NCBI GenBank assembly: GCA_964490075.1
Contig: CAZBBK010000026.1
Coordinates: 1 to 64,000 of the forward strand
DNA from: an uncultured Gemmatimonadota bacterium
Lineage (GTDB): Bacteria; GCA-2686955
Reading direction: 5' to 3'
DNA: 64,000 nt
Shown here piece by piece: positions 52,222-61,136 of the stretch. The notes beneath the pieces were generated by a model that worked only from the letters and a program-made list of their open reading frames with translations, was not told the origin of the DNA and ran no database searches. Made by a program: the position numbers and the translations under genes. Numbering within the stretch: the first letter of the stretch is position 1; each line of letters begins with the position of its first letter.

Positions 52222-53241
52222 ATGCTGCCACTATCCCCATTCAGATGCGCTTCGCGCCGCCGCGGATCGACCCGCCTCATTGGCGCGCTGGCGATCTTGG
52301 GGCTCGTGGGCTGCGCCGCCGCGCCGCTGCGCCAGGCCCGGCTCGACCTGGCGGCGGGGCGCTATCAGGAGGCGAGCGAGCGGCTCGAGGCGCTGCGTGA
52401 AGAGGATCCCGAGGCGGGCGAGGCCCATCGTCTGCTGGCCCGGGCGGCGGTCGAGCTGGAGCGCTTCGAGGTCGCCGAGCGGGCGCTGCGCCGGGCGCGC
52501 AAGCTGCAGCCGCACGGCGACCCGGAGCTCGATGCGCTGCATGAACGCATCGTCCGCGATCTCTGGAACCGCGCGGTGGAGGCCTCGGAGCGCGGGGAGC
52601 ACGCGGCGGCGGCGGGCGACTTCGAGCTGCTGGCGGCGCTGGAGCCGGAGCGGTCGGAGGTGCGGAAATGGCTCGGGCTGACCCTGCTGGCGAGCGCCGA
52701 CACGGTCGCGGCGCTGCGGGTTTTCGACGAGCTGGGGGCGGCGGGCGATCGCCAGGTGTGGGAGCACAAGGTGGCGGTCGAGCTGCGCCGGCGGCGCTGG
52801 GAGACGGCCCTGGGCAGCGCGAGCGTCGCGTTGGCCCGCTTTCCCGACTCCGCGGTCCTGTTGCGGGCGCGCGCCTGTGCGCTGGATCGGCTCGACCGCC
52901 GGGCAGAGGCGGTGGTCGCCTACGAGCAGGCGCTGGTGGGCGCCGGGCCGGCGGTCGACCTGGAGCTGGCGCGCGCGCGGCTGCTGATGCAGCTCGGCGA
53001 TATGCGTGGCGCGCTGGAGGCCTTCGAGGGGGCGTGGGAAGCGCCGCCGGGCGCGGGCGCCGCGGCTTGGGACGCGGAGAGCTACGAGCACTACGGCGAA
53101 TGCCTGGTCGAGCTCGGGCGTCTGGCCGAGGGGCGTGCCGCCTTCGAACGCTCGCTCGCGATCGAGCCCGAGGGGCGGCGCGCCGCGCAGTACCTGCGCC
53201 TGATCGCTTCAGTAGTGGAGGGGCCGGATGCGTCGCCGTAG
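52222..53241 (+). CDS. TPR lipoprotein
   Basis: Lipobox GLVGC and multiple TPR helices. Its stop overlaps the start of the next gene. Confidence 0.75.
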   Translation: MLPLSPFRCASRRRGSTRLIGALAILGLVGCAAAPLRQARLDLAAGRYQEASERLEALREEDPEAGEAHRLLARAAVELERFEVAERALRRARKLQPHGDPELDALHERIVRDLWNRAVEASERGEHAAAAGDFELLAALEPERSEVRKWLGLTLLASADTVAALRVFDELGAAGDRQVWEHKVAVELRRRRWETALGSASVALARFPDSAVLLRARACALDRLDRRAEAVVAYEQALVGAGPAVDLELARARLLMQLGDMRGALEAFEGAWEAPPGAGAAAWDAESYEHYGECLVELGRLAEGRAAFERSLAIEPEGRRAAQYLRLIASVVEGPDASP

Positions 53242-56200
53242 CGCACTGGTGGCTGCCGCGGCCTCGGCGGCCGGCATTGCCTTCGCCCAAGGCCCCCTGA
53301 TCGATCCCGACCCGCCGACCGGTTCGGTGCTGGCGAGCGCCCGCGACACGGTCTCGTTCCGCACCGCGCGCGACGCTTCGGTGGGCGACATCGAGCGCGC
53401 CCTGGTGCTGCGTTCGCGTTCGCTGGGCGCGCAGGCGCCGCTGGTCGAGGTCGACGCGCTCGATCCCCGGCTCTTCCACCTGGTCGCTCCGCGCGGCGCC
53501 TGGCCCTCCGGCGACCGCCTCGACCTGCGCCTGGCCGGGGAGCTGCTCGGCTTCGACAAAGGCGCATTCTGGTTCCTGGAGGTGCCCTCGGCCTTTCGCG
53601 TGGGCAGCTACCCCAGTCCCCCCGACCAGCTTCTGCCGACCTTCAGCAGCGCCCGCGACGTGCGCCTCGGCGATTTCGACGGCGACGACATCGCCGACGC
53701 GCTCGTGCTCGCGCAGGACGGCATCGCCGTGTTCTGGGGTCGGCCCTGCGCCGGCGACCAGCGGATCTTCGACCGCACCGCCCCCTACTCCTACTCGCTC
53801 TTCGCGCTTGGCGAGCGGGCCTTTCTGAATGCCTGCGATCTCGACAACAACGGCGCCGACGACATCCTGCTGGTCACCGAGACCCAGCCCGAGCGGGCGA
53901 TCATGCTGCTGGCCCGCGATCCCGGCACGCGCCAGTTCCGAGAGCTGATCACCACCCTGCCGGGGGTCGACCACGACCCGATGGATGTGAAGCCGGTCCA
54001 TCTCGACAACGATCCCTACGTCGACCTGCTCTTCCTGGCCGACGCCAACAACCTGCTGGTGCCGCTGCGCAACGTGGTCGCCACCGGAGAGCCTTTCTTC
54101 GAGATCTTCGGGCCGGACGGGGCGATCCAGCTCGACTCCGATCCGCTGTCGATGACCACCGGCGACTTCAGCGTGCCACCGGACGGCTACGACGACGTGG
54201 TGGTGTCGGCGCTCGACCGCAGCCTCGAGGTGTTCGAGAACGTCGGCGGACGGCAGATCGTGCTGCGCCCGGCGCGGCGCACCGTGACCAACGCCCGCAT
54301 CGGTCCGATGGCGTCGATCGACTTCGATCAGAACGGGCTGCTCGACATCGTCGCGGCCGAGACCCCGGCCGCCAACCGGGTTCGCCGCTTCATGGGCGTG
54401 GCCGCCGACCGGCCCTTTCGGCAGCGCTCCGAAGCGCTCGGCATCGCACCGCTGGTGGTGCGCGTGGTCGACCTGGACGGGGATCAGTACGCCGACCCCC
54501 TTTTCGGCGACGGCGCCGCCATCGTCACGGTCGACCGCCAGCAGGGGGAGCGGGTGCTGGCCACCGGCCTGAGCAGCGGCTATCGCGGCTTCGAGCTCGC
54601 CGACCTGAACTGCGACGGCGCCCCCGACCTGCTGGCGGCGGCGGGGACTCAGACCCAGGTGCGGCTGAACCATCCGCGCACACCCGGGGGGATCCGCGGC
54701 GCCCTGATCGAGCCCCAGAGCCTCTTCGACGAGGTCGAGCTCTGCGTCGCCGAGACGCGCGCCGAGACCCTCTGTGTGCTGGGCGCTTTCTGCCCCGTCG
54801 ATCTGAGCCGGATCTCGCTCAACGCCGATGCCTCCGCCTCCGGTGCCTACGCGCTCGACCTGATCCGCGGCACCCTGCCGGCGACCCTGAACCCCGGCGA
54901 CACGGTCTGCGTCGAGCTGCGTTTCACGCCCCTCGCGGGCGGCGCGCCGCCCGGCGCTCCGGCGCTCGAGGTGGTGGCGCTCTGCGACAGCGCCTCGGTG
55001 CCTCTGGGGGGCGAGGGACTGATCGGCGAGCTCGACGCGCTGCCGCCCATCCTCGACTTCGGCGAGCTCTGTCCTCCGGAGATCGGCCGCGGCCAGGTCT
55101 GCTTCTTCAACGCGCACGCGCTCTGCGGGCGCAGGATCGTCGCCGCCTGGCTCGAGCCCCGGGGCGAGGAGCCCTGCCCCTTCACCCTGATCGATCCGCC
55201 GGGGGGAGTCGACCTGGAACCGGGCGAACGGCTCTGCATCGACGTCGACTTCGCCCCCCCGGGGCGCGGTCGGTTCGACTGCGACCTGCGCCTGGCGCTC
55301 GACCAGCCCCTCGACACCCTGAGCGTCCCGCTCGCCGGCCGCTGCAACAATCCGCCCTTCTGGTACTCCGACCCGGTCGACCTGAGGGTCTGCGAGGCCG
55401 ACACCTTCCCCGACCAGACGCTCGACTACCGCGATCCCGACGTCGGCGACGGAATCGAATGCCTGCCGCCGGAGTGGCTCGAGGGAAGCGACACGGAGAT
55501 CACCCTGGCCTGGGACTGCGCCCGCAAGATTCTGAGCGCCGCCCATCCGGGGGGCGACTACATCGGCTGGGCGCGCTATCGGCTGACCATCACCGACGGC
55601 ATCGATGAAGTGTCGCGCGAGCTGCGCTACGAGGTCGCCGACGTCAACGATCCGCCCCTCGCCGAGCTCGAGGGCGCGGTCGCGCTCTGCGCCGACGGGT
55701 CGCCGGCCTCCGCGGAGGGGGTCGAGATCGCCTTCCGCCTGACGGTCGCCGATCGTCTCGATCATCTGCCGCCTCCGGCCCAGACCTGCGAGTCGACCCT
55801 GTCGTGGGCCGGCGAGGGCTCGATCGACCCGCCGATCCCGGGCGATCCCCTGAGCCTCTCCACCGAGCCCGAGGGTTCGGTGGTGGCCGACTTCCGCTGG
55901 ACTCCCGGCTTCGACGCCGCCGGGGACTACAGAATCGAGCTGATCGCCTGCGAGGACGACCCCTGTCCCGCCGACTCCTGCAACCCCGATCCGGTCACGG
56001 CCTGCGACACCACTCTGATCTGCTTCACGGTCAGCGACGTGGCGCCGGATCTGGTGCTGGCGATCGGCGGACTGCCGGCACGGGTCGAGGTCGGCACCGA
56101 GACCCCGTACTGGATCTCGGTCCGCTCCCTGGGCGCCTCCTGGCCGCACCAGGGAGCGTCGGTCGAGGTGGAGCTGGCCGGCGAGGCGCTGGAGACCTGG

Positions 56201-56650
56201 CAGATCCCGCCGCCGATCGCGGCGGGCGACTCGCTGCTCTTCGCCGGCAGCTTCACGCCGCGGACTCCGCGCCAGGATCGGCTGAGCGCCTGTCTGGTGC
56301 TGCCCAATCCCGAGCTCGACGCCGACCCTTCGAACAACTGCGACGAGGTGCAGCTGGGGACCCGCGAGGGGCGCCTGCGGGTGCGTCCCAACCCCTTCAC
56401 GCCCAACGGCGACGGCTTCAACGACCGGGCCGAGTTCGTGACCCGGGAGATCCGCAGCACGGACCCGCGGGTCACCATCTTCGATCTGCGGGGCCGCACG
56501 CTGCGCCGGCTGCGCCCCGATCTCGAGGGCCGGGTGTACTGGGACGGGCGAGACGACGCCGGCGCGGGGGTCGATTCGGGGGTCTACCTCTATCTCTTCC
56601 AGGACTCGGGCGGGCACCGTCTGAGCGGCCAGATCACGGTGGCGCGATGA
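53228..56650 (+). CDS. Large FG-GAP/VCBS + Ig/CARDB adhesin with a gliding-motility-associated (type-B T9SS-like) C-terminal domain
   Basis: Seven DxDxDG-type repeats (GDFDGDDIAD, DLDNNGADD, HLDNDPYVD, GDF..DGYDD, DFDQNGLLD, DLDGDQYAD, DLNCDGAPD), Cys-rich Ig domains, DVNDPP, PDL...DADPSNN, and C-terminal PNPFTPNGDGFND..WDGRD..GVYLY. Confidence 0.85.
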   Translation: MRRRSALVAAAASAAGIAFAQGPLIDPDPPTGSVLASARDTVSFRTARDASVGDIERALVLRSRSLGAQAPLVEVDALDPRLFHLVAPRGAWPSGDRLDLRLAGELLGFDKGAFWFLEVPSAFRVGSYPSPPDQLLPTFSSARDVRLGDFDGDDIADALVLAQDGIAVFWGRPCAGDQRIFDRTAPYSYSLFALGERAFLNACDLDNNGADDILLVTETQPERAIMLLARDPGTRQFRELITTLPGVDHDPMDVKPVHLDNDPYVDLLFLADANNLLVPLRNVVATGEPFFEIFGPDGAIQLDSDPLSMTTGDFSVPPDGYDDVVVSALDRSLEVFENVGGRQIVLRPARRTVTNARIGPMASIDFDQNGLLDIVAAETPAANRVRRFMGVAADRPFRQRSEALGIAPLVVRVVDLDGDQYADPLFGDGAAIVTVDRQQGERVLATGLSSGYRGFELADLNCDGAPDLLAAAGTQTQVRLNHPRTPGGIRGALIEPQSLFDEVELCVAETRAETLCVLGAFCPVDLSRISLNADASASGAYALDLIRGTLPATLNPGDTVCVELRFTPLAGGAPPGAPALEVVALCDSASVPLGGEGLIGELDALPPILDFGELCPPEIGRGQVCFFNAHALCGRRIVAAWLEPRGEEPCPFTLIDPPGGVDLEPGERLCIDVDFAPPGRGRFDCDLRLALDQPLDTLSVPLAGRCNNPPFWYSDPVDLRVCEADTFPDQTLDYRDPDVGDGIECLPPEWLEGSDTEITLAWDCARKILSAAHPGGDYIGWARYRLTITDGIDEVSRELRYEVADVNDPPLAELEGAVALCADGSPASAEGVEIAFRLTVADRLDHLPPPAQTCESTLSWAGEGSIDPPIPGDPLSLSTEPEGSVVADFRWTPGFDAAGDYRIELIACEDDPCPADSCNPDPVTACDTTLICFTVSDVAPDLVLAIGGLPARVEVGTETPYWISVRSLGASWPHQGASVEVELAGEALETWQIPPPIAAGDSLLFAGSFTPRTPRQDRLSACLVLPNPELDADPSNNCDEVQLGTREGRLRVRPNPFTPNGDGFNDRAEFVTREIRSTDPRVTIFDLRGRTLRRLRPDLEGRVYWDGRDDAGAGVDSGVYLYLFQDSGGHRLSGQITVAR

Positions 56651-58461
56651 GCAGCCGAGCAAAGGCCGCGATCGTCGCCGCGCTCTGCGCTCTCGCGCGC
56701 GCGGGTGCGCCAGCCCAGGAGCTGCCGGCGGCGTTGCCGGTCGACGTCCACCAGGTGCGCGCCATCGCTCTCAACCCGGCGCTGGCGGCGTTCAGCGGCG
56801 AGTATCTCGAGCTCGGCGTGCGCGAGAGCTACCTCGGCATCAGCGCCTCCAACCTCGCCCTGACGGCCGGGTTCATGACCTACGCCTTCGCCGACCCCGT
56901 GCGCGGTTGGACCCTGCGCGCCAGCCACTTCTCGGCCAGCTCGCTGCGCCGCTCGCGGATCGGAGCGGGCTACGGTCGGGCGCCGACCTCGTGGCTGGCT
57001 CTCGGCCTGAGCGCCGACGCGATCAACCTCGGCTACCACCACCTCGACCTGGTCGATCCCGGCGACCCGCTCTTCGCGGGCGGCACCTCGCGGGTGGGCT
57101 ACGGGATCGGCGCCGGGCTCTTGCTGCGTTCCGCCGCCGGCGTGGAGCTCGGCGCGTCGGTCCAGGATCTGAACCGCCCTGACCTGTCGCTCGATCCGCG
57201 CGCCGACGCCCGCCTGCCGGCGCGCCTCCACGGCGCCCTGCGACTGCCGATCGGCGACCTGATCCTGGCCGCGGGGCTGCGCGATATCGAGCTCGGCAGC
57301 CCCGGCGCCCGCGGCCTCAACGGGGCCGCCTTGCAGCTCGATCTGGCGGGCTGGGTCGGGCCCTGGGCCGGTCTGCGCGCCTTTGGCGGCAACCGCGGCG
57401 CCGGCGTCGAGGGGCGGCTGGTGCTGCCCTTCGGCATGGAGCTGCGCTACTCGATCGAGGAGCCTTTCAACGACCTGGCGGGATTCAGCTACGGCACCCA
57501 CCAGATCGCCCTGGTCGGGATCTCGGAAGGCTCGGTGGGGGTGCCGCGGCGGCGTCCACCGCCGGCCCCGCCGCGCATCGGCCCCTTGCCCCGCGCCCCC
57601 GCGCGCGACGCCCACCCGCGCTTCTTCTTTCTGGAGCCGGCGACCGATTCGGCCGTGATCGCCGAGGTCTCGATCACCCGCCGCATCGACGAGGAAGTGC
57701 TGCGGCAGCGCCTGCCCGCCCTCTCGCCCTACCTCGGCCGCACCCTCGACGATCTGCTCGCGCTGCGCTTCCCGACCCACGACTTCGTCCCCTTGCGGGT
57801 CGCCGACCCTCTGGCTCCCCTGCTCGGCACCTACCAGCCGCGCTACCTCGGCACTCTGGCCGACCTGTCGCACCTGCTCGCCGCCGACAGCGAGCTGGGT
57901 GCGGCCATCATCGCCTGCGGCGGCAGCGACCAGCGCGCCGGCTCGCTGTGGAGCGCGCTCACCGGCACCGGCGCCCTCTTCACCGACCGCCTGCCGGTTC
58001 TCGCCCCGGCCGCGTCCCAGTCCCTCGCCGCGCCCGGCTCGCATCCGGTGGCGCCGCGGGCGTTCCCGGCCGCCGCCGAGGATCAGCTCCAGGTCGACCC
58101 GCCGGCGCTCGAGATCGACATCGTGTCGATCGGCATGGACGATTTCGACGGTCCCTGGGCGCTGGTGGTCCGCGACCGCTCCGGGGCCGAGGTCGAGCGC
58201 CTCGCCTGGCGCGGAATGCCGCGGCGCATCGTCTGGGATTGGCGCGTCGCCGGGCTCGATCTGATCGCTCCCGGAAGGTATACCTTTGCCCTGGAATGGA
58301 GCGACGGCGAAGGGCGGCCCTGGGCCTCCCGGCGCCGTCATCTGACCGTCTCCCGGCGTCGCCAGAAGATCGACATCGCCGTCTCCGCCGGCCGACCCGC
58401 CGCCGAGCCGGCCGACCGAGTCCTGCTCTTCATCGACGAGCAGCCCGACCCCTCGAGGTGA
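56647..58461 (+). CDS. PorP/SprF (or PorV/PorQ)-like outer-membrane beta-barrel with a C-terminal FlgD-like Ig domain
   Basis: NPALAA near the N-terminus, amphipathic strands, GASVQDLNRPDLS, barrel end YGTHQIAL, then IVWDWR..IAPGRYTFAL. Confidence 0.65.
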   Translation: MSSRAKAAIVAALCALARAGAPAQELPAALPVDVHQVRAIALNPALAAFSGEYLELGVRESYLGISASNLALTAGFMTYAFADPVRGWTLRASHFSASSLRRSRIGAGYGRAPTSWLALGLSADAINLGYHHLDLVDPGDPLFAGGTSRVGYGIGAGLLLRSAAGVELGASVQDLNRPDLSLDPRADARLPARLHGALRLPIGDLILAAGLRDIELGSPGARGLNGAALQLDLAGWVGPWAGLRAFGGNRGAGVEGRLVLPFGMELRYSIEEPFNDLAGFSYGTHQIALVGISEGSVGVPRRRPPPAPPRIGPLPRAPARDAHPRFFFLEPATDSAVIAEVSITRRIDEEVLRQRLPALSPYLGRTLDDLLALRFPTHDFVPLRVADPLAPLLGTYQPRYLGTLADLSHLLAADSELGAAIIACGGSDQRAGSLWSALTGTGALFTDRLPVLAPAASQSLAAPGSHPVAPRAFPAAAEDQLQVDPPALEIDIVSIGMDDFDGPWALVVRDRSGAEVERLAWRGMPRRIVWDWRVAGLDLIAPGRYTFALEWSDGEGRPWASRRRHLTVSRRRQKIDIAVSAGRPAAEPADRVLLFIDEQPDPSR

Positions 58462-58466
58462 AATCG

Positions 58467-59258
58467 ATGACCCGCCAACGTCTCCGCAGCATCGGCCGAG
58501 CCCTCTTCGCACTTGCCCTGCCGGGTTCGACCGCCGCCACCGCCGAGCCGCTCACGCCCGCGCTCCCCGGCTCCGCCGCCCCCACCGTGGCCCGCGCGGT
58601 GTTCGAGGACCTGTCGTTCTGGGTCTGGCCCCTGGGGCTGGTGCTGGCGGCCGGGGTGTTCTGGTGCGCCGCGCGCTACGGCATGGTGCTGCTGGAGCGC
58701 AGGCGAGCCGCCCGGCTCACCGGCCAGACCCTGCACAGCCTGCCGCTCGACGAGCTCGATCGCCTGGTGGGCGACGCGCCGCGCTCCCAGGTCGGCGCGC
58801 TGCTGCGCGGCATGCTCGACGTGGCCGGGCTGGCGCCGCGCGGCGACGAGGCCGGTCTGGGCGACGTCAACGAAGAGATCACCCTCTACCGCGAGTCGGT
58901 CAACGACCGCTTCGAAGGGTTCAAGGCGGTCAGCGCCTTCCTCTCCAACTCGGCCGGCGCGCTCGGCCTGCTCGGCACCGTGTGGGGCATCTACATCACC
59001 TTCAAGGGCGGTGAGATGGACCCGGAGAAGATCATCAACGGCATGGGCGTGGCCCTCTCCACCACCGGCTGCGGCATCGTCATCAGCCTGGTGGTCGACT
59101 TCCTGAGCTCGATGGTGGTGTCGGCCCATGTGGGGTCGGTCGAGTTCGGCTATCGCAAGGCCGAGGAGCTGCGCATGGCGATTCTGCTCGACCGGCGGCG
59201 CAGCAAGCTGGGGCCGGTGGCGGCCGATGGCGACGCAGCTCCGGTCCTGGAGGACTGA
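58467..59258 (+). CDS. MotA/TolQ/ExbB proton-channel protein
   Basis: AGALGLLGTVWGIYITF...GMGVALSTTGCGIVISL. Confidence 0.92.
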   Translation: MTRQRLRSIGRALFALALPGSTAATAEPLTPALPGSAAPTVARAVFEDLSFWVWPLGLVLAAGVFWCAARYGMVLLERRRAARLTGQTLHSLPLDELDRLVGDAPRSQVGALLRGMLDVAGLAPRGDEAGLGDVNEEITLYRESVNDRFEGFKAVSAFLSNSAGALGLLGTVWGIYITFKGGEMDPEKIINGMGVALSTTGCGIVISLVVDFLSSMVVSAHVGSVEFGYRKAEELRMAILLDRRRSKLGPVAADGDAAPVLED

Positions 59259-59261
59259 GCC

Positions 59262-59738
59262 GTGCTGGTGCGGCTGATCGACGTGGTGCTGATTCTGCTC
59301 TTCGGGTTCATCTCGATCAGCACCATCGAGCGCCGGTCGCCGGTGCGCCTGCCCGACTCCGAGAGCAGCGTGCCGCTGCCGGCCGCGCGCGGCGACGTGG
59401 CCTCGGTCACGGTGCTGCACGATCCCGCGGCGGGGACCGGCGATGCGCCGCGACGCTACTTCGTCTCGCTGGCGCGTGGTCGCGAGACCGCGGTGGCCGG
59501 CGCGGCGGCCCTGCGCGCCGAGCTGGTCCGGCTCGCTGAGCGCAGCGCCACCCTGCAGCGCCTGGCCGGCCGTGATCCGGTGGCGCTGCGGGTCGATCTG
59601 CGGGTCGATCGCCAGGATCGGGTCGCCTCGCTCTTCGCCGCCCACGAAGTGGCCCGCGATCTCGGCCTGGCCACGCGCATCGTGGTGCGCGCCGCGGGCG
59701 CCGAGACCCTCATCGACGCCGCGGAGCAGACCCCATGA
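59262..59738 (+). CDS. ExbD/TolR-like protein 1
   Basis: LVRLIDVVLILLFGF TM helix with the conserved Asp, VRLP and RVDRQ. Confidence 0.85.
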   Translation: MLVRLIDVVLILLFGFISISTIERRSPVRLPDSESSVPLPAARGDVASVTVLHDPAAGTGDAPRRYFVSLARGRETAVAGAAALRAELVRLAERSATLQRLAGRDPVALRVDLRVDRQDRVASLFAAHEVARDLGLATRIVVRAAGAETLIDAAEQTP

Positions 59739-60184
59739 CCGGCGGCACCATCATTCGCCTGATCGACGTGGTGCTGATCATCCTCTTCGGCTTCCTCTTC
59801 ATCACCGACTACCAGGCCAAGTCCCACGTGCCTCTGCCGCAGGTACGCGAGCAGCAGCGCCCCGAGCCGCCGCCCGACGAAGAGGTCTACCGCGTCATCG
59901 AGGTGTTCCGCCGCACCCATGCCGACGCCCCCTACTACTGGTACGGCAACACCGCGGGAGAGGAGCGGATCCTGCGCCGCATCGCCGCCCCCGGCGCCCT
60001 GGTCGAGCTGCTGCGCACCGAGCTGGAGCGCCACGGCGAGCGTTTGCGGGTGGTGATCGTGCCGCTGGCCGGCGCGCGCACCCAGTGGGTGGTCGACGTC
60101 TACGACATCTGCCGCGAGCTCGGCATCGAGCGCCCGATCGTGCGCGTCGACCGCGAATATCAGCACATGACCTCGAGAGGATGA
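59735..60184 (+). CDS. ExbD/TolR-like protein 2
   Basis: IIRLIDVVLIILFGF, VPLP and QWVVDVYDICRELG. Confidence 0.85.
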   Translation: MTGGTIIRLIDVVLIILFGFLFITDYQAKSHVPLPQVREQQRPEPPPDEEVYRVIEVFRRTHADAPYYWYGNTAGEERILRRIAAPGALVELLRTELERHGERLRVVIVPLAGARTQWVVDVYDICRELGIERPIVRVDREYQHMTSRG

Positions 60185-60188
60185 GCGC

Positions 60189-61136
60189 GTGCCGATCCTG
60201 CTGCGCCCGAGCCCGACCGCGCCGCGACTGATCGGCGCGTGCGCGGCCGCGCTGGTGCTGGCGGCCGCCGCCCTGGTGGTGCTGCTCGCTCCCTGGCGCC
60301 TGCCGCGCCGCGTCGAGGATGCCTGGCGGCTGCCGGTCGAGCTCGAGTTCCCCGAGATCGCCCAGCGCATCTTCCGCAAGATCGAGCGCCACGCGCCGCG
60401 CGTCGATCCCGAGCCTCCGGCGTCCGACGCCCCGACCGACATCGACCGTCCCGAGACCCGGGCCGAGCTCCTGGAGCGCGCCGCCGCCACCGAGCCTCGC
60501 CGTCTCGACGAGCGCGCGCCGGCCCCGGTCGCCACCGCCCTCGAGCGGCCCGCCACGCCACCCCGTCCCGGCGAGATCACCATCCCCGCGCGCGATCCCG
60601 AAGGCGCCGGCGCTCCCCGAGCCCTCGACGCCGCCCCCGGTCCCACCGCCGCCGCCGCCGCCGATCCCGCCGCCCCGGTCGGCCGCGGCGCCGAGCTCTC
60701 GCCGCGCTCCGCCGCCGCTCCCGCCCTCTCCCTCGGTCCCACCGCGCGCCTGCTCGACTGGATGCGCCGCCACCCGGCCGCCATCGAGCCGCAGGTCGAG
60801 ACCTTTCTGCTCTCCGCCGGCGGCCGCGCCGCGCTCAGCTCGCGCGTCGAGATCCAGGACCGGGGCCGGCCCTACGCCCTCTTCCTCGCCGCCATCGTCG
60901 ACTCCGACCATCCCGAGCGCTCCGAGCTGCGCGTCGGCCTGCTCGATCGCCGCGCCGGCGAGATCGCCCGCCTGGTCGATCCCGAGCTGCGCGGCGCCTT
61001 GCCCTCGCTCAAGGTCGGCGAGGCCCGCGTCGACGCCTCCGGCCGGGTCGCCTGGGTCGACGCCGATCCCCGCTCCAGCGACGACGGGCGCTGGCATTCG
61101 GTCTTTCTGCGCTGGTTCGAGGAGCAGATCCCATGA
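60189..61136 (+). CDS. TonB/TolA-like single-TM Pro/Ala-rich protein with a non-canonical C-terminal domain
   Basis: N-terminal TM helix, long Pro/Ala linker and a globular C-terminus. Position after exbB/exbD/exbD. Confidence 0.55.
   Translation: MPILLRPSPTAPRLIGACAAALVLAAAALVVLLAPWRLPRRVEDAWRLPVELEFPEIAQRIFRKIERHAPRVDPEPPASDAPTDIDRPETRAELLERAAATEPRRLDERAPAPVATALERPATPPRPGEITIPARDPEGAGAPRALDAAPGPTAAAAADPAAPVGRGAELSPRSAAAPALSLGPTARLLDWMRRHPAAIEPQVETFLLSAGGRAALSSRVEIQDRGRPYALFLAAIVDSDHPERSELRVGLLDRRAGEIARLVDPELRGALPSLKVGEARVDASGRVAWVDADPRSSDDGRWHSVFLRWFEEQIP

Noticed and set aside
52277-56662. 1461-aa minus-strand ORF, and similar long antisense ORFs such as 26514-29051, 29538-31652 and 61265-64000
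   Set aside because: Shadow ORFs of well-supported opposite-strand genes in high-GC DNA, with no recognisable motifs.
58467-61136. Ordinary Tol-Pal or TonB uptake operon
   Set aside because: No tolB, pal or TonB-dependent receptor in the window, and the 60189 C-terminus lacks a recognisable TonB_C motif. Not fully excluded, because the operon runs off the window.
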